64,000 bases of DNA from a bacterium (GTDB lineage Bacteria; Margulisbacteria; Marinamargulisbacteria; GCA-2716485; JAYNIM01). Shown here in pieces: positions 35,685 through 46,000 of the stretch. The position numbers and the translations under genes are program-made. Within the stretch, counting starts at the first letter, position 1, and each line of letters starts with the position of its first letter. Below the pieces are notes generated by a model that saw only the letters and a program-made list of their open reading frames with translations, searched no databases and had not been told where the DNA came from. Location of the stretch: contig JAYNIM010000005.1 in assembly GCA_038109055.1 (NCBI GenBank), positions 1 through 64,000 of the forward strand, given 5' to 3'.

Positions 35685-38570
35685 TTATGTTGTTTTTACT
35701 TTTTGCAGAAACATAGCCACAGCTTCGGCATCTCTTTTTGAGAGCCAATGCCCATCACTGTCTTGTTGTACTGTCTCGTCACGCTTCCAAGAACGTTCAC
35801 AACGTGGTTGTTCACGAAGGTCCTGCACAAGAATACTGTCTATCTTAGACTCTAGCGTTACTCGGGATACCCCGAAAAGGTCGGCCAGTTCGGCCTTAAA
35901 AGGCTGTAATTCGTCCTTGGGATCGCCCAATACTAGCCCTGCATCTAAGGTATTTTCTATTCCCTGTGTTTTGGCCTCTTCTAATTTCTTTAAGGCCTCC
36001 TCTCTTATAGCAAAAACTCTGGCCCATTTCGGATTTGCTTTTTTGTTGATTATGACCAATGATGACAGATGAATACTTTCTTTATCTGGATGTAAGGATA
36101 AAAAGGCCTCGTCTGCTGTATGTGGAAGAAACACGGATAATAACTTGCAAAGACAATGGAAGACCATCCATATGGTGTTTTGGCAGTGAACTCGTCGTGG
36201 GGCTACTTTGGCATCACAATATAAACGATCTTTCACGGCCATACAGTAAATTGCGGATAAATCTTCTTGGCAAAACAGGCTTAACATCTGATGGGCCTGC
36301 TTGAAATTATAGGTCTTAAAGGCCTCTAGACAGTTTTTTTGCAGTTCTGAACAGCGCTCTAAGATCCAAGCATCCAATGTATTAGGATCTACCTGTTTGA
36401 TGAAGGCCTCTTGCTGATGGGGATCTTCCCTATTTTGTTCGAAATCTGAAAGGTTACTTAATAAAAAACGTAGCGTATTGCGTATTTTTCTATAATGATC
36501 TGCCGCGGTATCAAAAAATGAGATATCCACTTTGATATCATTTTCAAATTTTAAAGATCCTACCCACCAGCGACTCACCTCGGCACCATAGCTTTTTAGT
36601 AGCTCTGCGACTGCGAGGGCATTTCCACCAGATTTACTCATTTTTTTGCCGTCTTTATCGACAATAAACCCATGCGTTAATAAGGTTTTGTAGGGTGCTT
36701 TTTGTTTGGCTCCAAGAGCTGTAAGCAAAGACAAATGGAACCATCCGCGATGTTGATCTGACCCTTCCAAATATAAATCAACCTCTCGCTTATGCCCCTG
36801 GGCCTCAATCACCGAAAACCAAGACGAGCCTGATTCGAACCATACATCAAAAATATCAAAACTGGGGCTTAAGTCGGCTATCTTCAAGTTTTTGGGACAG
36901 TCTGGATCTGCACTGGGATCGTAGTAACGTAAAAGACTCTCACTGTCTTGTTCAAACCAGGCATTGGAGCCCTCCTCTGCAAAGACTTTGGAGACTGCTT
37001 CGATGCTTGCTTGCGTCATAAATAAACCGTTCTCGCTTTGAAAGGCTGGAATAGGAAGGCCCCAACTGCGTTGCCGTGAAATACACCAATCTGGACGATT
37101 TTCGAGCATGCCATACAAGCGTTTTTGCCCCCAATCTGGGACAAAGTTTATCTCTGAGCGGATTGCTTCTAAGGCCATGTCACGCAATGACTTGCCGCCG
37201 TTTTTGAGAGGTTTATCCACCGAAATAAACCATTGTTCAGTACTACGGAAAATCACCGGGGTTTTTGAGCGCCAATCATGCGGATAGGAATGGTTGAATG
37301 TTTCTTGCTTAAATAAATGGCCGTTGTCTTGCAAATATTGCACTATTTTTGGATTCGCTTTCCAAATATGCTGACCTTGTAACCAATCAGGCACGCTTTC
37401 ATCAAAACAGCCTTTTGCTGTAACCGGACAATATACCTCTAGTCCCTCTTTCTGCCCCAATTGATAGTCTTCTTGACCATGACCCGGTGCAATATGCACC
37501 AATCCAGTCCCATCTTCCATTGTGACAAAATCAGCTGAATAGACCTGTCCTTCACGCTGGCAGAAAGGATGTTGATACTGCAGTCCACATAGCTGGCTGC
37601 CAGGGACATCGACGACTATTTGCCATTTGTTCTCTGATATTTTTTCCTGAAAGGCATCGGCTAAAGGCTTGGCAACCACGACATAGTTTGTTGTATTGTC
37701 TAGAATGACATATGTTTCGTGCTTGTTTACAGCAATGGCCAAATTAGCCGGCAAAGTCCATGGCGTTGTCGTCCAAACGGCTAGTTTTATAGGTTTTGTT
37801 GTATCTAATCCTAGTGAGTTTCCTAGTGTCTCTGTGTTTTTGAGCTGAAAGCCTAGATAAATAGCGACATCTTCTTTGTCATGGTATTCCAGCTCGGCTT
37901 CCGCAAGGGCTGTTTGATTTTCTAGGGACCAATGGACGGGTTTTAACTGACGATATACCAGACCTTCTTTGACCAAGCTGGCAAACACCTCTAAGGTTCG
38001 GCTTTCGAAGTGTTTACTCATGGTCAGATACGGTGCCTCGTAATCAGCCATAGTTAGCAGCGATTGCATCTGCTTGGCTTGGGTTTTGATAAAGCCTTTT
38101 GCATAGTTTTGACAGGCTTTTCGGATGGCTTGGCGTTGCTCGTTTGTCGGAAGATTTAAGATGGGATCCTTGTTGGCTTGCAATGTCGTCATGACCTTAT
38201 GCTCGATGGGAAGGCCGTGACAGTCCCAGCCTGGTGTAAATGGGCAGGCCTTGCCGAGCAGAAGTTGACTGCGCAGTACAAAATCTTTGAGCACCTTATT
38301 TAACAAATGGCCGATATGAATATCGCCATTGGCATAGGGGGGCCCATCATGAAAAATAAAGGATGGATTAGCGGCATTTTTTTCTTGGAGCTTGTGATAT
38401 AGTTCCTGCTTTTTCCAGCGTTTTTGGGTCAAAGGTTCCTGCTGTGCAAGATTTGCCCGCATTGAAAAGGGGGTTTTAGGCAAATTCAGTGTCTCTTTAT
38501 ATGTTTTCTTGCTTGTCTCTGTGCTAACTGAGCTTATTACGTCTTTGTTTTTAATACCCTTATTTTGCAT
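35685..38570 (-). CDS. ileS: Isoleucyl-tRNA synthetase (type 1)
   Basis: HDGPPYANGDIHIGH, WTTTPWTLP, EGSDQHRGWF, KMSKS. Confidence 0.97.
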   Translation of the reverse strand: MQNKGIKNKDVISSVSTETSKKTYKETLNLPKTPFSMRANLAQQEPLTQKRWKKQELYHKLQEKNAANPSFIFHDGPPYANGDIHIGHLLNKVLKDFVLRSQLLLGKACPFTPGWDCHGLPIEHKVMTTLQANKDPILNLPTNEQRQAIRKACQNYAKGFIKTQAKQMQSLLTMADYEAPYLTMSKHFESRTLEVFASLVKEGLVYRQLKPVHWSLENQTALAEAELEYHDKEDVAIYLGFQLKNTETLGNSLGLDTTKPIKLAVWTTTPWTLPANLAIAVNKHETYVILDNTTNYVVVAKPLADAFQEKISENKWQIVVDVPGSQLCGLQYQHPFCQREGQVYSADFVTMEDGTGLVHIAPGHGQEDYQLGQKEGLEVYCPVTAKGCFDESVPDWLQGQHIWKANPKIVQYLQDNGHLFKQETFNHSYPHDWRSKTPVIFRSTEQWFISVDKPLKNGGKSLRDMALEAIRSEINFVPDWGQKRLYGMLENRPDWCISRQRSWGLPIPAFQSENGLFMTQASIEAVSKVFAEEGSNAWFEQDSESLLRYYDPSADPDCPKNLKIADLSPSFDIFDVWFESGSSWFSVIEAQGHKREVDLYLEGSDQHRGWFHLSLLTALGAKQKAPYKTLLTHGFIVDKDGKKMSKSGGNALAVAELLKSYGAEVSRWWVGSLKFENDIKVDISFFDTAADHYRKIRNTLRFLLSNLSDFEQNREDPHQQEAFIKQVDPNTLDAWILERCSELQKNCLEAFKTYNFKQAHQMLSLFCQEDLSAIYCMAVKDRLYCDAKVAPRRVHCQNTIWMVFHCLCKLLSVFLPHTADEAFLSLHPDKESIHLSSLVIINKKANPKWARVFAIREEALKKLEEAKTQGIENTLDAGLVLGDPKDELQPFKAELADLFGVSRVTLESKIDSILVQDLREQPRCERSWKRDETVQQDSDGHWLSKRDAEAVAMFLQKVKTT

Positions 38571-38673
38571 AAATTAGAGTATATAGTGGGTATTGGAAAA
38601 AGGCAAAAATAAAAGACGGTCAGTTTCAGATCTGGAGAAACGTTAATACTTATTCTTGACTGTTTTTAATCTC

Positions 38674-40056
38674 TTATTTGTTCGATTCCCTCTTTAACTG
38701 CTTCATATTGTGAACAAACAAGGCGACTGTCGCTGCCACTAATAGGCTATTTCTAACGATGAGTAAGCTAAGGCCAAAGGGGCTAGGACCTGCAGAAGAC
38801 GCCGCAATGTCAGAAAAATAGTAAAAAGGGAAGATGGCTGTTGTGAGTACTAATATACAGGTCCACAGTCCATAATGGATCTTCGATAATCTAGGTAATA
38901 TAATGGCTAAAAACGGAATCAACCAAATAAAATATTGCGTTGATAATACTTTAGAACAGGCCATGGCTATAGCTAAAATAAGGGTAACAGAGGTAAAAAA
39001 CACCAGACTTTTATTGTCTTTTTCCTGCATATTTATAAGGTCTTTGTCTTGGGACTTACACATTATTTTTATTTTTAATCGAAACGCATAATACACAGAA
39101 AGTATGATGCCAATGAGATAACTCGACAACGTACTTAGTACGGGGGATAGTGCACTTTGGCTTTGGGCACATCCGTAAGCGATGACGACATTCACGGTAT
39201 GGCCACATTTTTGAAGTACCCACAGCAGGGTACTCCAGGTCGATTCTATTTGTATCCCTCGCTGGCTATGAAAGGTCACAAAAGAAAAGGCTTCAAGGCC
39301 ATAATGCCAGTAACTTAGTGCTGATATAAGACATAAAAACAATCCTAACAAGGCGCTTTGTGCACAGGCCATCTTTATTATTTGTGTCTTGGGTGTGTGC
39401 CATTTTGCCAGCATTAATAAAAATAATGGCCATAAAATGATGGGAACTAGCTTAAATAAAACAGCGATGCCAAATATCCATCCTGCCATCCATGGTTTAT
39501 TTTGCAGGAGTAATACGGTGGCAATCACGACTAGCGCGATTAAAAAAATATCTACTCTATCATAAAGAACCGGTGCTAAAATAACCCCAAATAACGTATA
39601 GGTGATGGCTGTTTGTCCTAAGGCTTTGATGTTTCTAGGCGCTACTTTCTTCCAGACTATCATTAGGATTGCGATTAATATACTCACATCTGCGACACAG
39701 GCTATCGAGCGATAAACGATGATGGGTGATCGTTCAAGGTATTTGATCTTTAGTAGTCCTATTAATTTGATCCATTGTTGGCATAAGACGGGATACGAAT
39801 GGGTGATTATCTGATGTGCTCGCTGAAGTTTCTGATAAATGTTAATAGGGATTTGACTATCATCAAACCCACTTTTTTTAAGCTCGTTAAGATACTCGAA
39901 GTTGGCGAACTGCGTGTACATGACCAGATCTGATCCCTGTAGTGCTGCAAAATAAATGATACACAGCCGAGACATGATGAAAAAGCTGATAATGCAGGCA
40001 ATTCCCCACATGGCTTGTTTATTTAGGTATATTGACTTTAACGATATTTCTTTCAT
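38674..40056 (-). CDS. GT87/DUF2029-like membrane (GT-C) glycosyltransferase
   Basis: DRVD, G...K..P, RGIQIES.W, KVLSTQYFIWL; many TM segments. Confidence 0.78.
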   Translation of the reverse strand: MKEISLKSIYLNKQAMWGIACIISFFIMSRLCIIYFAALQGSDLVMYTQFANFEYLNELKKSGFDDSQIPINIYQKLQRAHQIITHSYPVLCQQWIKLIGLLKIKYLERSPIIVYRSIACVADVSILIAILMIVWKKVAPRNIKALGQTAITYTLFGVILAPVLYDRVDIFLIALVVIATVLLLQNKPWMAGWIFGIAVLFKLVPIILWPLFLLMLAKWHTPKTQIIKMACAQSALLGLFLCLISALSYWHYGLEAFSFVTFHSQRGIQIESTWSTLLWVLQKCGHTVNVVIAYGCAQSQSALSPVLSTLSSYLIGIILSVYYAFRLKIKIMCKSQDKDLINMQEKDNKSLVFFTSVTLILAIAMACSKVLSTQYFIWLIPFLAIILPRLSKIHYGLWTCILVLTTAIFPFYYFSDIAASSAGPSPFGLSLLIVRNSLLVAATVALFVHNMKQLKRESNK

Positions 40057-40211
40057 TTTTCTAAGTATACTAGCTAAATATACGAAAAACACATTACAAT
40101 CCTAAGATAATATTAATGTGATTAATATTAATGTTGACCACTTCATCTCTTGATATTTTTTGTTGAATTTAATGGCCTTATGTTTCTATTTTGCCTCATA
40201 TTTGCTTTCTT

Positions 40212-41900
40212 TTACCTAATCTTTGAAAAACACACTATCAATCCATCTATACATTTGTTCTGATAATTTCTTAAGCTTTTTTCTTTTAAGGCATACTCAC
40301 TTTTTTCTAAAATGTAGAGTCTATTTTTTTCACCCTGTCCATTGTAAAAAGCTGTCATTTCTTTTGTAAAATCCTTTTCTAATTTTATGAAGTCATGATG
40401 TCTTGCAATTTTAATATAGTTTAGCAAAGGTCGAGACTTTAAAAATATATAGCTCATCTTTGCATAGTTTTGCTTTGTAGGCATATAAAACACATGATCA
40501 TACTTTGATAATACCGTCTCCCATTGTGTTGAAGGTTGGATGATATTTTTTACAAACTTTTTTTTCCCCAAACTATAAAACTCGTGTCCATCCCAAACTT
40601 GTACCCCTAATGCAATTAATAATATGATTACAGCAACTCGCTGTTTAAATAAACGTTGTATCCCCACTACGCCTACTAAAATAAGCAAATAATTTACCGG
40701 CCAAAATAATCGCCCGCTTGCTCGAACAATTGACCATAAACTTATGAGCCAACTTGGAACAGGTATTCCCACATAATAATTTCCAATTGTAATAATGGGA
40801 GATAGTGCCAATATTGTTAACATCAGTGCTGCAAGGACTAAGGTCCAGTTCCTTTTTAAAAATAATGTGACTCGATGTTTGTTTTTTAGTGAGAACATCG
40901 CCACTATCCCTAGTAATACTATTACGCCCATCCCTAGATAATTGAACCCCTCAAATTGCCCCGCTATTAATAGATTCAAACTTGGCATTTTAAATTTATT
41001 TAAAGCGTCTAATGCTAAAAAAAAGAAATCTTCATTTATTTTTTCCGTAAACGTAATTCTTAATGGCATAATGGGAGAAATTCCATTCATTGAGAACCCT
41101 CCCAAGCCGCCTCCTCTTGCTTCGCCTATAGTAAAATATCCCAAACTATACATTGCCAGTATAGATATCCCTAGTATTGTCCCTATTTGGACTACGCTTT
41201 CGGCATATGTCCTTTCTTTTTTAATCCATAGTTGTTTTCCTGCCCAAGCCGCATAAATAAGGCCTATCATGACGACAAAATAAAAATGGACATATAAAGT
41301 TAATATCCATAATCCTCCCCATAAAAATGTGCTATATTTTCCCTTTCTAACATACAGATATAGCGCTGCTAAAATTAGCCAGTGACTTGATAAAGCAGTA
41401 TGCATTATTAAGGCTGTTCGCTGGAATAAAATAGGTGACAAAATAAAAAAAATACTTCCTAATATACATACAACTCTGCTGCAGGCTAATATCCGTAATA
41501 ACAATGCCGCAAAAAAGCCCTGAAGCATGTAACAACCCAAACTCCACATTCCCAAATAATTGAACAGTTCTGGTAAATATTTTTGGATAAGTTTTAGTAA
41601 AATGGCTAAAAATGGAATAGAATCTGTAAATATTACATTTGTAGTTGTTAGGTAAGAATACTGTTTAATCATTCCAATTGGCCAAGTCCACTCTTCTGCT
41701 CTAAAATAATGCCACCCTAAAAATGCCTGGATGTAATCATTACTATTACTATTGGTCATAAAAATACTGCTTATATCTCTTGGATTTAGAGGTATTTCAC
41801 TTAAATAACTCAAAAAAAAGGCTGCACCACATAGTGCCGCCATACAGCCCAATGCCACTGGTGATCTTAAAAACGTCTTAACCCTTTTCCTAACGAACAT
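40212..41900 (-). CDS. DUF6311-like polytopic membrane protein (probable GT-C glycosyltransferase)
   Basis: W.YFR...W..P.G, FTDSIP, EGFNYLG.G, RASGRL.WPV.Y. Confidence 0.7.
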   Translation of the reverse strand: MFVRKRVKTFLRSPVALGCMAALCGAAFFLSYLSEIPLNPRDISSIFMTNSNSNDYIQAFLGWHYFRAEEWTWPIGMIKQYSYLTTTNVIFTDSIPFLAILLKLIQKYLPELFNYLGMWSLGCYMLQGFFAALLLRILACSRVVCILGSIFFILSPILFQRTALIMHTALSSHWLILAALYLYVRKGKYSTFLWGGLWILTLYVHFYFVVMIGLIYAAWAGKQLWIKKERTYAESVVQIGTILGISILAMYSLGYFTIGEARGGGLGGFSMNGISPIMPLRITFTEKINEDFFFLALDALNKFKMPSLNLLIAGQFEGFNYLGMGVIVLLGIVAMFSLKNKHRVTLFLKRNWTLVLAALMLTILALSPIITIGNYYVGIPVPSWLISLWSIVRASGRLFWPVNYLLILVGVVGIQRLFKQRVAVIILLIALGVQVWDGHEFYSLGKKKFVKNIIQPSTQWETVLSKYDHVFYMPTKQNYAKMSYIFLKSRPLLNYIKIARHHDFIKLEKDFTKEMTAFYNGQGEKNRLYILEKSEYALKEKSLRNYQNKCIDGLIVCFSKIR

Positions 41901-41932
41901 TATTGTTGTTCATTTCTAACTGAGATACACCC

Positions 41933-42922
41933 TTAACTCATACTCTGAGCATGATTAACTTCTCTACTTGCTGTAGCGAGGGTATCTCCTGCATAGTGTT
42001 GGTCTATGATATAGCGAGGACGCTGTTTACACTCTGTATGTAAACGCCCGATATACTCCCCTAAAATGCCGACACTTATAAGTTGAACTGAACCAAAAAA
42101 CATAATGGCCGTAAATAATGATGCATACCCTGGAACATCTATCCCAAAATATAATGTTTTGAGGATAATATAAGCTGTATACACAACGGATAATATACAA
42201 ATAAATCCCCCCAAATAGCCCCATATTCTTAACGGAAGCGTACTAAAAGCTGTAATACCATCTAGGGCAAAGTTCCATAATCTCCACCAAGTAAATTTAC
42301 TTTTTCCTTTTTTTCGAGATTGTGACGTATATGGAATAATCTTTGTTTTAAATCCTACCCAGGAAAATAGTCCTTTCATAAATAGTTGATTCTCAGGCAG
42401 TTTAATTATTTCATTAATGACTTTTCGAGAAATTAACCTAAAGTCACTTCCATTTTCAGGTATTCTTATCTCAGATAGCGCATTATGAACGATATAAAAC
42501 CACTTCGCTGTTGTTCTTTTGAAGAAACTATCAAACGGTCTTTTCTTGCGCTGACCAATGACCATATCATAGCCCAATTGCCATTCTTGGATAAACATTG
42601 ATACTATTTCAATAGGGTCTTGTAAATCAACATCTAAGGGGATTGCAGCGTCACCTTTTGCATGTGTTAATCCTGCAAACAACGCGGCTTCTTTCCCAAA
42701 TTGTCGTGAAAATTTAATGGCTTGAGTTGGCTGATATTTTCTCTTTATTTTTTTTATCTCTAACCAGGTATTGTCATCGCTTCCATCATCTATAAAAATT
42801 AATTCGATATCCACAGTTAATCTGCAAATTAGTGCCTGTGTGGCCTCGTAAAAATCAGTTAATAATTCCTCTTCATTATGACAAGGAATTATGAGACTTA
42901 TTAATTGGGGTGAATGTACCAT
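41933..42922 (-). CDS. GtrB-like polyprenyl-phosphate glycosyltransferase (GT2)
   Basis: IDDGS.D, FSRQFGKEAA, D.DLQDP, DFRL, KGLFSWVGF, two C-terminal TMs, GEYIGR...E.K.RP.Y. Confidence 0.92.
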   Translation of the reverse strand: MVHSPQLISLIIPCHNEEELLTDFYEATQALICRLTVDIELIFIDDGSDDNTWLEIKKIKRKYQPTQAIKFSRQFGKEAALFAGLTHAKGDAAIPLDVDLQDPIEIVSMFIQEWQLGYDMVIGQRKKRPFDSFFKRTTAKWFYIVHNALSEIRIPENGSDFRLISRKVINEIIKLPENQLFMKGLFSWVGFKTKIIPYTSQSRKKGKSKFTWWRLWNFALDGITAFSTLPLRIWGYLGGFICILSVVYTAYIILKTLYFGIDVPGYASLFTAIMFFGSVQLISVGILGEYIGRLHTECKQRPRYIIDQHYAGDTLATASREVNHAQSMS

Positions 42923-43031
42923 CAACTATAATCTACCACATTTTGAGGCTTCACAAACATTTGTACTCTGCGTATTAATTTATCCCGTCTGACAATATGA
43001 CTATTGTGAGTAATGTTGCTAGGTTCCTAGT

Positions 43032-46000
43032 CTATACGCTTACACCCAGCTCCTCTAGTTTTCGTATGATCTGCCCTGCTCCCTCCATACTTATCCCATA
43101 TCTCTTCGCTTTCTGTACAAAATGTTGGCCTGCTTTTACTTTTTCTGTTCTACCTTTTGTAGAAAACAAGGTCTCTAGATCATTTTTTAATTTTGTGTAT
43201 GGATTTTTTTGAGATTTATATGAAAACTCTTTTAATTTCTTTCTTGAACTATCTATTGTGACTATTTGTTGCCCTATACGTTCTAGTTCATTTATTGCCA
43301 TAATCTTATGATACTTATTCATATCACTATGTGTTACCATTCCGTTTTGACGCCCTGTCACTTGGCGTATATTTTGGTAAAACTCTTTCATAAATTTTTT
43401 AGGTTTTCCAAGCTCCTCTGTCTCATATATGTCTAACATAGTCTGGTATTCCTCTAAATCCTTTATACGTAAATATGGCTGCCTTTTATTTAAAATATCT
43501 TGTAGCTCTATAAAAAATTCGGCCGTGCTTAATTCTTTTGGTTTTCTTTGTATAAACAAATCGTATGTTGCCATTATTTCTTCGTAATCCACGGCATCTT
43601 CTCCTTGAAACATGGTTGTTAATGCTGTTTTAAAGGCCTCTACATCCTCATACTCTTCTGGACATTGATCTGTACATAATTTAGTGAATTGTTGTTTCTT
43701 TAATTCATTGACAAAGTGCTGAAACTTTTCGGCAAATAGCTCGTTTGTATTCTGCTCTAAGGCATGCGCTGCTTTTATTTCTTTCATCTTTTTATAAACT
43801 GGATTACTGTCTCTGATTGGTTTGTATTTCTTATCTATAATTTGTTCGGGATGCTGCCATAATTCGGGACACTCTTTAAGTAAAGCTAAACTTGCAGAAG
43901 GTGTGAGATAATCGAATTGCTGATCATATCCTACATAATGAGGAAGTGTCATAGATGCTGAACAATCAAGTTCTACTAATGCTGATTTTCCGTCCTCAAA
44001 ACTGTTGGCTGCTTGGACTATGCTAGGTATTTGAGCTCGAAGAGGCTCTTCTGTTGCCTTCAATTTGTGCGCTCTATAGGCGGCTATTTTTTCTGGGTCT
44101 GGGTTCATTTCTATGTAGAGTTCTTCATATGTTGCAACATCACAAGCTGCTGTAAATGTATCATGCAGCTCTTTTAAGATTTTCTGATCTGCTTGTCCTG
44201 GCATCGTAAATAACGGGGAGACCATGTTTGCATCTGTTCGCTGCCCTGCGAGTGTATCAAAGTCATTCCATTGACCTGTTAAGGTTAAATATCTGTTTCC
44301 ATGGTCTATAAAGATATTTTTTGGATCTTCTAATGTAAAATCAATTTGCTGTCCTTTATAAACACAATGATAGGTTTCTCCCACTTTATTTAAGACCTTA
44401 AATTCCTGTTTTTGCATGCCTGCTATTCTAGAAAATACGCTTTCTATTTTGTTGATCTTCGCTAATTCTCTCTGATCAATTTGGGCTATTTTTTCTTCTG
44501 GAAGTGCAACATTTTCTGTGGGTAATGTCTGCCATAAGCGTTCAAATAATTGCTTATTTTCGGGTAATGCTTGTATGTCCCGTAAAAAGTGTTCTGGTAA
44601 ATTATCCGCATGCACATGCTCTTTGAATATTTCTCTTTCTTCCCCTAAAAACTGTTTTGTAAATACGGTTGTTAAGTGACTTTCAAATTGTTCTCTTAAG
44701 GCCGTATTTTCAGGACTCAATGCAATTGACCTTAATAAACTCAGACAAGTATCAATCATTTTTATTCTCTCTGGCTTTGACGACTTATATTTAATCCAGG
44801 CAAGTCTATTGAACATATGATAGAGTTCTGTTCTATGAACTGAGTCTTGTATTTTCCCAGTTCGTGAATCGGTTAAAAGAGCCATGCATTGCTGAAGATG
44901 TGCTTTGGCTTCTTTTAATTCTGGTGGATCGTGTAGCTCTGGACTGACATGGGCATGTAAATCCTGTAACGCCGCTAAATACTTATCCCCAGAATCGGAG
45001 ATAAATATTTTTTTAAAACTTCCTGAATACATATCTTCAAATTCAGCATGTGTATTAAAAAATGTTTCTAATTTGCCTGCACACTCTTTTTTCCTTTCAA
45101 TTGTTTGCTGTCCTGCAATAAAATGGTAACAATCTTTAAAGGACATCAATATGTTAATCCCTGTTGTTGCTAATAGCCTGTCACAGTAGGTGGCAAAGTC
45201 CTTTGCATTACTTAACTTTAAGGTGTTTAACCATTGTCGACTCTCTATACTTAGTGGCTCTTCTAAGATTAATTTTGTTAAAATTTCAGACATCCCTTGT
45301 TGTGTTTTTTGTAGCGACTCAGGATCTATATTTTGTAGATAAATTGCAGGGTGTATATAGTCCAAGCAGGTATTGGCAAAGGCTTGGAATGCCTTGTCTG
45401 AATGTTTGGGTAGTTTGCGTAAGTGATCCATTGTCTGGTCAAACTGTACTAATGTAAATATGTCTTGTTGAGGCCTGATGTCTTGTTCTTCAAGCACAGT
45501 GTTTTGGACACTAATTCTACTCAGTTCCTTTGCTTGCTCTGATGGAACTATTAGGGCTTCTTTTATCTTATCGATAAAGTCGACATATTCTCTGCCGAAG
45601 GGTGCGCGAATCTTTCCTTCCTGTTCTAAATGGTCAAGCAAGTCTTTTAGGCGGTCTGTCAGTCTCCTAAATTCAGCAAAATCTGTTGTTTGCTTTTGTG
45701 TTTGTACAAATCTTTGTTGTTGGTGATTGTATGTGATGTTTAATGTTATTAATAGCTCTCTAAACGCGTCATTCGCTGCTTGTAAATCGGCCAGTCCTTG
45801 TTCTTTTAGGTTTCCGGCTGTTTGTTGTAGGACCTGTATAGGTGTATCTAATCCTAGTTCGGCTGCTGCTGCGGCTGCTGCTTTGTGTCGCTGATCTGCT
45901 TTTGCTGTTGTTTTAAGGCCTTTGCCTTTCTGCGATTGTTCAATAATTTCTGCATTCATCCTTGAGACTAAACTCTGATGGATCTCTGTGGCGTCTACTG

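Noticed and set aside
43947..43982. LVELDCSASM as a vWA MIDAS (DxSxS) motif
   Set aside because: No vWA-like strand/helix pattern follows, and the segment aligns better with the Walker A region of giant 1. Not fully excluded without HHpred.
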